Below, piece by piece: positions 17,632 to 27,638 of a DNA stretch of 36,564 bases. The notes beneath the pieces were generated by a model. It ran no database searches and was not told where the DNA came from. It saw nothing but the letters and a program-made list of their open reading frames with translations. Source of the stretch: a virus. Its lineage: Duplodnaviria > Caudoviricetes. Each line of letters opens with the position of its first letter. Position 1 is the stretch's first letter. A program made the translations under genes and the position numbers. The DNA lies in the IMG/VR virus record IMGVR_UViG_3300045526_000031, positions 1-36,564 of that record; one strand, written 5' to 3'.

Positions 17632-20600
17632 ATGGTATATCAACCCAAAGGCCGACAGGTGGGGCTCAGCAACGCTCCAGTCTCGGTGGGCTTCGAGCCC
17701 GTAAGGGCCTATGATGCTACGTCGATTGTCAGTCAGGCCGGCCAAGATCGTCTCAACCAATTCAACCGGGCCAGCGAGGCGTATGTAGACAACATTAAAG
17801 CCAACGCTGATGTCCTGAGTCAGTTCTCTGAGACCCTGAACAAGTTTATCTTTGAGCAGGCTAAGACTCACAATGAGAACGAGTTTAAGCTGGGCTTGGC
17901 GTCTGTCCTGAATGGTGAGATGCAGCCCAAGCCGGAACTGGCTCAGAAGTTCCAGAATGAAGCTGCGGTGCTGCGTGAAAGCGTTGGTATCGAAGAGCAG
18001 ATCAACCAGCAGATCGCTGAGGTCAGCCCTGGTGCCGCGCTCCAGCAGAAGATGGACAGCCCCCTCCAGAAGGGCTGGCGAGCCTATGGTGCTGCTGTAG
18101 GTAAGGCAAAGATGGCAGCAGCGGCTTCACAGGCCGTCATGGGCCAGCTGATGGCCTCTGATCAGCCAACCATCCCGATCGTTGAGAACGGCGTGGTGCG
18201 GATGATGGCCCCATCCCAGGCCCGTAGTCCTGCTGAGTGGCAGGCAGCGTGGGCATACAACCTCCAGGTCTTTATCGATCAGGCCGGTGTTGCCAACCTG
18301 AACCCACTGATCCTTGCTGAGGAAGTGACACCGCAGATGATGGCGGTGAAATCAAACCTCTTCTCGAACCACATGCAGATGGTCCGGAAGGTGATGCAGG
18401 AGGAGGCCTTTGAACGAGCCAACATCGGTATCGTCCAAGGTATTGACCTGCTGAACCTGAATGACCGTACGGCGGTGGACTTGTTCTGGCAACAGGCGTC
18501 TTCCGACATGCAGCTGGGTACCGGTCTCAGCCGCGGTGAAGCCAACGCTAAGGCAATCGAACTCATCCTCACACGAGCCAAGGTTACTCGCAATGAAGAT
18601 CTCCTCGATGTACTGGCGACGACTCCACTCATCGCAAATCAGCCTAATGGGGTTACCCTGGGCCAGATGTACGGTGAGCAGTTTGAAGCAGTCGCTGGAT
18701 TCATCCGAGAAGACCGTGAGCGAGTCCGTCAAGAGGCTGAGCGAGATATGGATGAAGCAGTCGATGGAATCACCACGGAACTGACCCTTGGCATCTTGAA
18801 TGCTAAGAGTCCGGAAGAGACTGCCCAGATCCGCCAGGCTGCTATTGCCGGCCTGACCCAACTCGCAGGTCTTGGTAACGCCAAGGCCGCCTCTGCTCTG
18901 ATGGAACTTCAAACCCAGGAGCAGAACTACAACCCCCTGCGTTCTCAGGACATTGCTCGTGATCTGAGGGCTGATCCATTCAGCCACAGCCAGGCCACGA
19001 TCCGTGAAGAACTGAGGCGCGGTAACATCAACGCTGAAGAGGCTCGTATGCTGGAGGATCTACTTCCTTCCAGCGCAGCCCGTGAAGATGCCAAGGAACT
19101 GTATCCGATGATTGATCGGCTGTCCAAGGGTATCTTCTCCAGCATCCTTGCTGAAGAGGGAATCAACTCCTCAGATGCTGGTAGCATTGCTGCCATCATG
19201 GAAGCACAATTTGGTGATGAACTCAAGGATCTCCTGCTTCAATTCTATCAGGAGAACCCCAACGCATCCAAGGCTAACGCCCGAGACTTTCTGACACAGA
19301 AGGCTGCGGCTATGCAAAACGATCCGCGCTTCCGTCCTCAAATCAAAGATGGTAAGATCGTACCATCACAACAGCTGACCCGTGGTGGGTTCCGTGTGCC
19401 GACGTTCAAGAACCCGGCAACCGGAGCAGACACCCGTGACTTCACCCTTGTGCCCCCTGCTCAGATCCGCTCAGCACGTCCCCTGCCTACACGGGACCGC
19501 CTGCTGACACCTTCTGAACTGGCCAAAGCCCAGGAGGATGTCATCAACGGAAAGGCTCCTAGTGGTAGAGTGGCACAACTGATGTCCGCCTCTGGACTGT
19601 CAGCTGAACAACTCATTCGTGCACAATCTACTGCCTATGGTGTCCCGCTATCTCCACAATTCGACCAGACCTCTTCGGTCACTGCTTCACGCCAACGCTC
19701 TCTTCTTGCCCCTTCTGCCGCTGCTATTCTCACCCATCCCAACGCCTCTCGCGCACAGCGAATCCGTGCTTGGGCTGACATTGGAATTGCTAAAGAGCGA
19801 GCAGCCCGTGCGAGGGCGACCAGTCCCGACCAAGACCTGCAGCCGGGTCAAACGATCAATATGTCGGACTACCTCAGGCTTGGTTATGCCAACGGCCTCC
19901 GGGGTAACGATCTGATCAAGTTTGCTGCTGTTGGTATGGCTGAGTCCACCGGTCAGTCTGGTGTTGTCAACAGCAACCGCAATACCGGGGACAACAGCTT
20001 TGGCTTGTGGCAGATCAACATGATCGATGAACTGGGCCCTGAGCGTATTCGACAGTATGGACTGAAGTCTGCTGAAGACCTGAAGGATCCTGAGACCAAT
20101 GCCCGTGTGGCGGCCTCGATCCTGAAGAGCAGCGGATGGGGTGCCTGGGGTGCCTACCGTGATGGCCGTTATCGGCAGTTCATTGCGGATGCCACCAAGG
20201 AATACTATACGCTCCAGAAGTCGGGTTTTAACAGCGCAGGCCGTGGTGGCGGACGGGCTGCGAACATGACGCCGCAGAATGTCCAGTCGATCACCTTTGA
20301 CACTGGTCAACCTGGCATGGATCTATGGTTTGCTGATAAGAACTTCGGAGCCGTCCTTCCTGGGCGTGTGAAGGAGATCAGCAACCAGACGGGTCCAGGC
20401 AACACTGGCTACGGTAACTACATCGTAGTCGAAAGCATTGACCCCGACACTGGGCGGAAGGTTGATGTACTCTATGCTCACCTAGATCGCGTCAACGTAC
20501 GTGAAGGTGATCAGATCCGTCCTGGTCAGGCTATTGGCCGCCAGGGGGGTACAGGCCGTGTGTCATCCGTTGATGGGACTATTGCTTCTATTGACTTCCT

Positions 20601-20703
20601 GGCCCCTGCGCCACGGGGTTCAAAGAGCATGACCCCATACAGTGACTATGACGGTCTACGTCGTCGAATTGCCAATCAGATTCAATCTGGTCAATTCCGA
20701 TGA
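17632..20703 (+). CDS. Internal virion protein C (gp15 position) with C-terminal lytic transglycosylase and M23-like domains
   Basis: 1023 aa, helical; AESTG...SFGLWQIN...WGAW (lysozyme-like fold); GYGNYIVV...YAHL...GRQGGTG (M23-like). Confidence 0.85.
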   Translation: MVYQPKGRQVGLSNAPVSVGFEPVRAYDATSIVSQAGQDRLNQFNRASEAYVDNIKANADVLSQFSETLNKFIFEQAKTHNENEFKLGLASVLNGEMQPKPELAQKFQNEAAVLRESVGIEEQINQQIAEVSPGAALQQKMDSPLQKGWRAYGAAVGKAKMAAAASQAVMGQLMASDQPTIPIVENGVVRMMAPSQARSPAEWQAAWAYNLQVFIDQAGVANLNPLILAEEVTPQMMAVKSNLFSNHMQMVRKVMQEEAFERANIGIVQGIDLLNLNDRTAVDLFWQQASSDMQLGTGLSRGEANAKAIELILTRAKVTRNEDLLDVLATTPLIANQPNGVTLGQMYGEQFEAVAGFIREDRERVRQEAERDMDEAVDGITTELTLGILNAKSPEETAQIRQAAIAGLTQLAGLGNAKAASALMELQTQEQNYNPLRSQDIARDLRADPFSHSQATIREELRRGNINAEEARMLEDLLPSSAAREDAKELYPMIDRLSKGIFSSILAEEGINSSDAGSIAAIMEAQFGDELKDLLLQFYQENPNASKANARDFLTQKAAAMQNDPRFRPQIKDGKIVPSQQLTRGGFRVPTFKNPATGADTRDFTLVPPAQIRSARPLPTRDRLLTPSELAKAQEDVINGKAPSGRVAQLMSASGLSAEQLIRAQSTAYGVPLSPQFDQTSSVTASRQRSLLAPSAAAILTHPNASRAQRIRAWADIGIAKERAARARATSPDQDLQPGQTINMSDYLRLGYANGLRGNDLIKFAAVGMAESTGQSGVVNSNRNTGDNSFGLWQINMIDELGPERIRQYGLKSAEDLKDPETNARVAASILKSSGWGAWGAYRDGRYRQFIADATKEYYTLQKSGFNSAGRGGGRAANMTPQNVQSITFDTGQPGMDLWFADKNFGAVLPGRVKEISNQTGPGNTGYGNYIVVESIDPDTGRKVDVLYAHLDRVNVREGDQIRPGQAIGRQGGTGRVSSVDGTIASIDFLAPAPRGSKSMTPYSDYDGLRRRIANQIQSGQFR

Positions 20704-20707
20704 ACTT

Positions 20708-20744
20708 CAGGACCCCCTTGATGCGTCAGGGGGTCTTGTCTTTT
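20708..20744 (+). terminator. Stable hairpin (terminator or RNA-processing site) between internal virion genes
   Basis: CAGGACCCCCTTGA-TGCG-TCAGGGGGTCTTG followed by TCTTTT. Confidence 0.7.
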
Positions 20745-20768
20745 CAACTTCTACCCTGAGGGGAACAA

Positions 20769-23700
20769 ATGCCTAGGCCGACACAAAGCGGCGGAACTAT
20801 CGATCCTGAACTCCTCCAACGGCAACGTGAAGAGGAAGAGAAGAAAAAGCAAAAGCAGGCTGAAGCCGCCCGCCCTAAAAAGGCGAAGGAAACACAGTCT
20901 CAGAAAAGAACTAGGAACCCTATCGGTGATGCCCTGACGGCTGCTGATCAGGCAATCGAGAACTTCGTAGAAAAGAATATCGCTGAACCGCTTGTCGGCA
21001 AGGAGAAGCGTCAGCAACAAAAGGCTGCGGCCGAAAAGAAGAAAGAAGAAGTCCAGGAGGGTTTTGAGCGGGCCGCCTACGATGGTCCGGTCAATACATT
21101 CGGTTCGGAGGTAATCCGTTCCGTTGTCAATGCCCCTGTCAATCTTCTGGAGGGTGTACTGAATACCAGTGAACTGATCAAGGATTCGATCGGTACTGGT
21201 ATCAACGCCATCCGTGGTAAGGAAACCCCTGATGAACGAAACCCATTCTCCAACCGCTATGAGGAGGCCCGTTATGATCTGGGTGTTCGTGGACCCAAGA
21301 CGCCCGTTGGTAAGCTAGGTGAAGGCATCCTGACCTTTGGTCTTGGCCTGCGTGCTGTGGGTGCTAGACTGCCCAAGGGTCTTGTTGGCCTGGGTACTGG
21401 TGGCAAGGGCATCAAGGGTGCTGTAGCTTCCGGCATTGTGCCTGGTGCCATTGCGGACCTGCTGCTGACCAAGGGTGATGACGGCAACCTGTCCACCTTG
21501 GTTCGTGATCTAGACTGGATTCCGCCGGAGCACGAGGACACGTTCCTCCTGGCGTTGGCAGTCGAGGATGACGACAACATCTGGGAAGCCAAGCTCAAGA
21601 CCGTCCTGGAGGGCGGCATTACTGGTGCTGCGGCTGATGCCCTCGGATGGATGCTCGTGGGCCGTAGAGCCGCTCAGAAGGCCCTCAAAGCTGGTAAATC
21701 AAAGGAGGAGGCCCTGCGTGCTGGTACTGAGGCGGCAGAGGATGCTGCCAAACAGGCTGATGCGAAGGCTACCACCCGTGATCTGGAAGAACAGGACCGC
21801 TGGGCCCTGGCCCGCGGAGAGGAGTTTGCGGTCCTCCGTGAACAAGAGGATGAGGCCGCTAGGCTTGCTGACCGTGTGTTGGCTGACTTCGGTGAAGATA
21901 GTCCGGAGTATGCCGAGGCCATGAAGAGCCTGGAGGACATCAACAAGCAGGTGGCTGACTTTGACTGGGAAGAGGCCCGCAGGATTGATCCTCAAGGCCT
22001 GGACCCCCACGAGAAGGCCGTCTACAACGAGGCTGCTGACATCAACGATGCTGCTGCTGCCCAGCTGAAAGCAGAGACCGGTGGTATTCCCAAGAATGCC
22101 CGCGTGCCTGGAGCCAACTATCCTGGCACGTCATCGATCACTGCTGCTGGATCTCCGAAGGTATTGACCGATGCGGCCTATCGCATCATGGACATGCCCG
22201 GTGAAACCGAGAAGATGGTGCGTGACTTTGTGAAGAAGTCCGATCTTCAGATCGTTGCCAACCGTCTCAAGCGTTCCTACAAGCAAGTGGTACGCGATGC
22301 AGCTACCCTGGTGGAGGACTTCCGTGACGCTACTCTGCGTTATGACGAGTCCACTACACCCATCACCGAGCTGCTCAAGGATGGCACGATCCAGGTGAAT
22401 CGTGGTACAGGCATGGAGACGCTGCTGTCACCTGAGGGTGTGGTGGCCACCAAGGCCCTGATCAGTGATACTGCCAACCAAATCTTTGATCTGGCTACCA
22501 ATCTGGATGCCATGATCGAGATTCGCACCGCAGGCGGAAACCAATATGACCGATTAGTAGACCGGTTAATAGGTCTCGTGGAGCTTCATAAGATCACTGG
22601 TAACTTCCACGGCTTCAGCCTTGGTGCATTCCAGGAGTCTATCTTTGGTGCCCCACGTGCGTTTAGTCCTGCTGAAGGTGCCTCCGAGTACCTGAGCATT
22701 GCTAAGGTCAAGGACTGGGGTATGCGTGTCAAGAAGTTGGCACGTCAGGGTGATCCAGCAGCCCAGGAAGAACTGGACCGTCTGGTTCGTGCCATGGTAT
22801 TGGCAGGAGGTGATCCTTCCAAGAAGGTAACCTTTATGCACCTGGCTACCAAGCTGGGCACCGAGAACCTGCTCAAGGGCATGTACCAGTCGATGCTGTC
22901 TGGTCCCATTACCCACATCCGTAACACGGTGGGTAACACGTATGCTACCATCGAGCGCCCGTTCAGTGTAGCCCTCAATGGGTTTATGACGGGTGATGAG
23001 GCGAAGAAGAAGGCTGCTATTGCCGGCTTCCACGCTGTACGTTCGAGCATGGGTGATGCGTGGGCGGTGGCACGGCAGTCGTTCCTGACTGGTGAACCCC
23101 TCCACATCAACCGTAAGTTCGTGCTGGATGATGCGGAGCTGATGGCCACCATCGAGACCATGAAGCGTGCGGCCAATAGCCCATCGGAGCAGCTCGCCAT
23201 TGGCTTCCTGGAGGCTCAGTACCGCTTCCTGAACAACCCCATGATGTCCCTGCCCAGCCGCCTGCTGATGGCGTCTGATGACTTCTTCAAGCAGCTCAGT
23301 GCACGCCAACGCCTCGCCTCAGAGGCCATGTACAAAGCAGCCCTGGATACCCCTGACCCCAACCAAGTGGATGCGGTATTCCAGAAGTATCTGCGTGAGT
23401 ACAGCAAGAAGATGGATCCTAAGACTGGAGAAATCCTGGATCCTGAACTGCTGGAATACGCGGACATCAGCACCTTCCAAGGTGACCCTGGTTCGTTCTT
23501 GAACAAGCTGACGGTGGCCCTGGAGGAAGTACCTCTGGCACGTATCTTTGTTCCCTTTATCCGTACTCCTGCCAATATCCTGTCGTACGCTGGTCAGCAT
23601 ACTCCTGGTCTCAATCGAGCCCTGAGTAGCTACAAGAACGTCATGAACGGCAGTGATGAGCTGCTGAAGGCAGAGATGAAGGGTCGTGAGGCTATTGGTG

Positions 23701-24713
23701 CCATGACCATCGGTGCTGCTGCGACGCTGGCCTTGACCGGCATGATGACCGGCAATGGTCCCGTGGATAAGGATGAGCGGGCCCTGTGGAGTAAGACACA
23801 CCAACCCCTGTCTTTGAAGGTGGGTGATCGGTGGATCTCCTATCAGACGCTTGAACCACTTGCCTCCATTATGGCTACGGTGGCTGACATTGTTCTGCTT
23901 GCTCGTATGGGTAACCAGAACATGGCTGAGAAGCTGGTGGGGCAGACCATCTATGCGTTGACTGCTGCTATCACAGAGAAGAGCTACCTGGCGGGTCTGT
24001 CTGGTCTGTCTGCTGCTCTGGATCCGGCCAACCTGTCCAGCGGTGATCGGGTGTTGCGTGGTATGCTAACCACTGCCAACAACTTCCTGCCGTTTGCTGG
24101 TGCACGTAGGGGTCTTGCGAATGCGCTGGATCCGTACATGAAGGAGGTGGATAATGAGCTTCAACGTGCTTTGAATGACGCTGTACCGCTGTATCGTAAC
24201 TTCCAGCCGTCTCGTACGGATGTATTCACAGGCGAAAAGATGCAAACGATTGGTGGTGGCATCTGGAATGCCATCATGCCGTTCCGCGTCAAGGATGCCG
24301 GTGAGGACATCGTTCAAGATACGCTGGTGGCGATGCAATATGAGTTCAACCAACTCACCAAGAGTGGTCCCTCTGGAGAGCCACTTACTGCTGAAGAGCA
24401 GGCCACATACAGTCAACTCATCTTCGAGTCTGGCATCCGTGACCGCTTGGAACGGCTGATCGCTAAGGATTGGTTCCGTCAGTCCATCATGGACTACAAC
24501 CAGCGTCCTGGGGCCCTAGACAAGCGTGATACACGGCACTACATTGCTGTGGATCGTCTCGTGTCACAAGCCAAACGAGCGGCATTCAATCGAATGCGGG
24601 CGGAGAATGAGGACTTTGCAGAGCGTATGCTCAAGCGTCGTCAGGCCGAAACCAAGGCCCGCCGCGGTGATGTAACTGGAGCCATCGAGCGCCTTAATCA
24701 ACTACCCAAGTAA
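20769..24713 (+). CDS. Large internal virion protein D (gp16 position)
   Basis: 1314 aa; MLSGP.THIRN, DDFFKQ, FVPFIRTPANI, GNGP motifs typical of these ejection proteins; synteny before the tail fibre. Confidence 0.85.
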   Translation: MPRPTQSGGTIDPELLQRQREEEEKKKQKQAEAARPKKAKETQSQKRTRNPIGDALTAADQAIENFVEKNIAEPLVGKEKRQQQKAAAEKKKEEVQEGFERAAYDGPVNTFGSEVIRSVVNAPVNLLEGVLNTSELIKDSIGTGINAIRGKETPDERNPFSNRYEEARYDLGVRGPKTPVGKLGEGILTFGLGLRAVGARLPKGLVGLGTGGKGIKGAVASGIVPGAIADLLLTKGDDGNLSTLVRDLDWIPPEHEDTFLLALAVEDDDNIWEAKLKTVLEGGITGAAADALGWMLVGRRAAQKALKAGKSKEEALRAGTEAAEDAAKQADAKATTRDLEEQDRWALARGEEFAVLREQEDEAARLADRVLADFGEDSPEYAEAMKSLEDINKQVADFDWEEARRIDPQGLDPHEKAVYNEAADINDAAAAQLKAETGGIPKNARVPGANYPGTSSITAAGSPKVLTDAAYRIMDMPGETEKMVRDFVKKSDLQIVANRLKRSYKQVVRDAATLVEDFRDATLRYDESTTPITELLKDGTIQVNRGTGMETLLSPEGVVATKALISDTANQIFDLATNLDAMIEIRTAGGNQYDRLVDRLIGLVELHKITGNFHGFSLGAFQESIFGAPRAFSPAEGASEYLSIAKVKDWGMRVKKLARQGDPAAQEELDRLVRAMVLAGGDPSKKVTFMHLATKLGTENLLKGMYQSMLSGPITHIRNTVGNTYATIERPFSVALNGFMTGDEAKKKAAIAGFHAVRSSMGDAWAVARQSFLTGEPLHINRKFVLDDAELMATIETMKRAANSPSEQLAIGFLEAQYRFLNNPMMSLPSRLLMASDDFFKQLSARQRLASEAMYKAALDTPDPNQVDAVFQKYLREYSKKMDPKTGEILDPELLEYADISTFQGDPGSFLNKLTVALEEVPLARIFVPFIRTPANILSYAGQHTPGLNRALSSYKNVMNGSDELLKAEMKGREAIGAMTIGAAATLALTGMMTGNGPVDKDERALWSKTHQPLSLKVGDRWISYQTLEPLASIMATVADIVLLARMGNQNMAEKLVGQTIYALTAAITEKSYLAGLSGLSAALDPANLSSGDRVLRGMLTTANNFLPFAGARRGLANALDPYMKEVDNELQRALNDAVPLYRNFQPSRTDVFTGEKMQTIGGGIWNAIMPFRVKDAGEDIVQDTLVAMQYEFNQLTKSGPSGEPLTAEEQATYSQLIFESGIRDRLERLIAKDWFRQSIMDYNQRPGALDKRDTRHYIAVDRLVSQAKRAAFNRMRAENEDFAERMLKRRQAETKARRGDVTGAIERLNQLPK

Positions 24714-24715
24714 CA

Positions 24716-27382
24716 ATGGCAATCACTGAGAATACTTATACGGGGAATGGGGCAACCGTCCTGTTCACCTTCACCTTTCCATACCTAGAACAAGAACACG
24801 TCAAGGTCAGTCTTGATGGTGTTGATACAACTGCATACACCTTTGCCAATGCTACCACCGTACAAATGAACTCAGCCCCCGCCAACGGGGTTATTGTTCG
24901 TGTGTACCGTGAAACTTATGCGGATGAACGGATAACGACCTTCTTCACCGGCTCTCCGATTAAAGCGTCTGACCTTAATAGTGGCTTTGATCAGGTTCTG
25001 TATGTCTCACAGGAGACCCGCGATAATTCTATTGATAAGAATGATCCTGCTGTCTCTGCTGATTTTGACTTCAATAATAACAAAGGCATCAACCTGGCTT
25101 CACCCTCGGATGGCGCCGATGCTGCAAACAAAGCGTATGTAGATAGTTTGATTCAAACTGGTGCTGCAAGTGCGGCGGCGGCGGCGGCAAGTGCAGCTGC
25201 TGCTGCTACAAGTGCCAGTGATGCTGCTGCAACCTACGACGATTTAGATGACCGTTACCTTGGGCCCAAGGCTTCTGACCCAGCCCTTGATAATAATGGC
25301 AACGCCCTAAGTGTAGGTGCCCTCTACTTCAACACCACCCAGGACATCCTCAAGGCCTGGACAGGGACCGACTGGGTTATCTCAGCAGCAGCCGGCAACA
25401 TTGTCCGGTGGCGCAAGACCGCCAGCGGCGGGGAGACCGTCCTATCCGGTAACGATGACCTAGCCGTAACCCTCGACTATGCCGTGGGGAACGAGCAGGT
25501 CTACCTCAACGGCGCCCTTCAGACCCGTGGGATCGACTACACAGCCGCTACAGGATCGAGCATCACCTTTGCGGTGGCTCTGACTGTCGGTGACGTGGTT
25601 GAGCTTCATGCGGTTCAGGGGTACGTCTCTGGCACCCTTCCGCCTGAGTCGATCACGAACACTGAGGTGTCTGGTGCTGCCGCTATTGACTCCTCGAAAC
25701 TCGCCTATGGCTCTAGGACCGTTGAGGCGAAGCTAGACGATGTGGTGTCTGTTAAGGACTTCGGAGCGGTGGGAGATGGTGTTACGGATGATACGGCTGC
25801 GATTCAAGCAGCGGTAAACACCGGCAAGCGTGTCTACATTCCAACAGGTACTTACCTCTGCAACGTAATCATTACCAACAGAATAATCCTTGAGGGTGAT
25901 GGATCTTCAGTGTCCATCTTAAAGCCGTACAATACAGCTACAGCGGCAATTACCTACAGAGCCACTGGCAGTTATTGGTATTACCACTCCGAGGTCAAAG
26001 GCATTGGGTTTAACGGCATAGCAACAAAAACCGGGGTTGGGTTCGCCTTTGGGTGTACAGACCCCAGTCTTTTTGCAGTCCCATATCACGCCGCAATCAA
26101 TGTCAAGTTTATTGGGTGTCACTTCCTAGACCTGGAAAAGGGAGTCCAGTTTACGTTTGGCAATATCGGTTGTGAGTTTTATTCTTGCGGGTTTGGCTTC
26201 AATAAGTACGGCGTCTATGCTCTGAACAATAAGTTTGGCAGTCCGCCTGGCACGCCAGCCATGCACGCCGGTTGCCACTACTTCTATTCCGGTGAGTTCA
26301 ATGGCAACGAGTGTGGTGTGTATGTTCACGATACTTTCGGCGGTGGCGCTTGGACGTTTAACAGCACAGTCTTTGAGTACAATGCCATTGCTGTTTATGC
26401 GTACAACGGTGGCAAGCTTCAGACTGCTCCATTCATATTTGATGGGCAGTGGTTAGAGGGAAACGGCGTCAACATGTCGCTGGGGGCTCCATGGCCATCC
26501 TCGCCTACCGTGACCATCGACGCCTGGTCTGGATCAACTCGGTCCGACCAGACACTTAACAGGAGGAGCTTCATCTTTGACGGCTCGGTGCTCAGAGCTG
26601 ACTTCCGTTCGTGTGGAGTCGTGGGGGACATCTACCTCAAGGCTGGATCGTCCTCCGTCATCATTGATAAATGCAGGACTGAAAGTACTACTGGCTATGG
26701 TGGCGGAGCATGTACGGTTGAAACCCCTGAGTCTTCCGTCATCCATGTGAAGGACGCCTTTACGCAAGATAGCATTCCGGTTGGAGATGGAATCATTGCC
26801 TCTGGCAGGCTCTTTAACGTCTCTAGTACTATTGGCACAGGAAATTATAGCCGCTGGTTTATTACTCATCGGCGTGGCTCAAAGATCACATCCTACGGCC
26901 CCGCAAGGGCGATGTCGGCCACACTAACGACTTCCGCCAGTACCTCCGGCTCGTTTCCATTGACCGGAACAGTGGTATCTGATGGCCAGATATACTCTCA
27001 GTGCAACGAGTTCACTAGGGCGTCCTTTGCCGGTAATCAATATACGCAGCTCACTAACCCAGCGTCATCCATCACGACAACAGCGGGATGGTATGTGTTC
27101 ACAGTTGACGTTAAAGTGACTGCGGGTGCGCCGATGTTTAACGTCTGGAACAGAAGCACGGCCCAATTTGCAAGGGCTATGTCAGTACCAGCTCTAAACA
27201 AATGGTACACGCTTGCTGCCATAGGCTATTCACCTGGCTCGCAGACTTTATACTTAGACTTCTCTGGGCCTACTGTTACCGCAGACTGTACCTGGCGGGT
27301 ATCGGCTTATCAAATCTTACGTTTTGACACCCTCGTAGAGGCGCAGGGGTTCTTAGAGTCTGGGGCGTTTGTTGAATCCTGA
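24716..27382 (+). CDS. gp17: Tail fibre/tailspike, gp17-like N-terminus plus pectate-lyase-like beta-helix
   Basis: YTGNG...FTFPYL..EHVKV T7 fibre anchor; DAANKAYVD; VSVKDFGAVGDGVTDDTAAIQAA tailspike neck. Confidence 0.92.
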   Translation: MAITENTYTGNGATVLFTFTFPYLEQEHVKVSLDGVDTTAYTFANATTVQMNSAPANGVIVRVYRETYADERITTFFTGSPIKASDLNSGFDQVLYVSQETRDNSIDKNDPAVSADFDFNNNKGINLASPSDGADAANKAYVDSLIQTGAASAAAAAASAAAAATSASDAAATYDDLDDRYLGPKASDPALDNNGNALSVGALYFNTTQDILKAWTGTDWVISAAAGNIVRWRKTASGGETVLSGNDDLAVTLDYAVGNEQVYLNGALQTRGIDYTAATGSSITFAVALTVGDVVELHAVQGYVSGTLPPESITNTEVSGAAAIDSSKLAYGSRTVEAKLDDVVSVKDFGAVGDGVTDDTAAIQAAVNTGKRVYIPTGTYLCNVIITNRIILEGDGSSVSILKPYNTATAAITYRATGSYWYYHSEVKGIGFNGIATKTGVGFAFGCTDPSLFAVPYHAAINVKFIGCHFLDLEKGVQFTFGNIGCEFYSCGFGFNKYGVYALNNKFGSPPGTPAMHAGCHYFYSGEFNGNECGVYVHDTFGGGAWTFNSTVFEYNAIAVYAYNGGKLQTAPFIFDGQWLEGNGVNMSLGAPWPSSPTVTIDAWSGSTRSDQTLNRRSFIFDGSVLRADFRSCGVVGDIYLKAGSSSVIIDKCRTESTTGYGGGACTVETPESSVIHVKDAFTQDSIPVGDGIIASGRLFNVSSTIGTGNYSRWFITHRRGSKITSYGPARAMSATLTTSASTSGSFPLTGTVVSDGQIYSQCNEFTRASFAGNQYTQLTNPASSITTTAGWYVFTVDVKVTAGAPMFNVWNRSTAQFARAMSVPALNKWYTLAAIGYSPGSQTLYLDFSGPTVTADCTWRVSAYQILRFDTLVEAQGFLESGAFVES

Positions 27383-27395
27383 TAACTAGAATACT

Positions 27396-27638
27396 ATGCC
27401 CTACCTCCTAAACGCCGTCCGATACTATAAGGACGAACCCCACCAGAAGGCCACTCGCGCCTTCACGACAGGTCTAGATACCGCCAACCAAGAGTTCAGG
27501 ATCACAGGTACTGAAGGCCTTGGAGCTAACATCCTGTTCCGCGCAAAGACCTCCCTCCGGCTCCTGAGCCTCCGACCCCTCCAAGTCCTCCGAGCCCATA
27601 AGCCATGCCCATTGAAGATCCAGCCATCATCTCCGTAG
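27396..27638 (+). pseudogene. Chimeric, frame-broken small ORF: lysin-N-terminus-like start + tailspike fragment + out-of-frame Pro-rich tail
   Basis: MPYLLNAVRYYKDEPHQ, then 33 codons paralogous to 28562-28660; the alternative frame KDLPPAPEPPTPPSPPSP stops at 27601, just before the next ATG. Confidence 0.6.
27447..27545 (+). repeat. Diverged direct repeat, copy 1 (partner 28562-28660)
   Basis: Manual codon alignment: 79/99 nt and 27/33 aa identical, no gaps. Confidence 0.92.

Noticed and set aside
25160-25230. (GCG)5 microsatellite as a phase-variation site
   Set aside because: An in-frame triplet run within an ordinary Ala-rich fibre linker; slippage would not switch expression.
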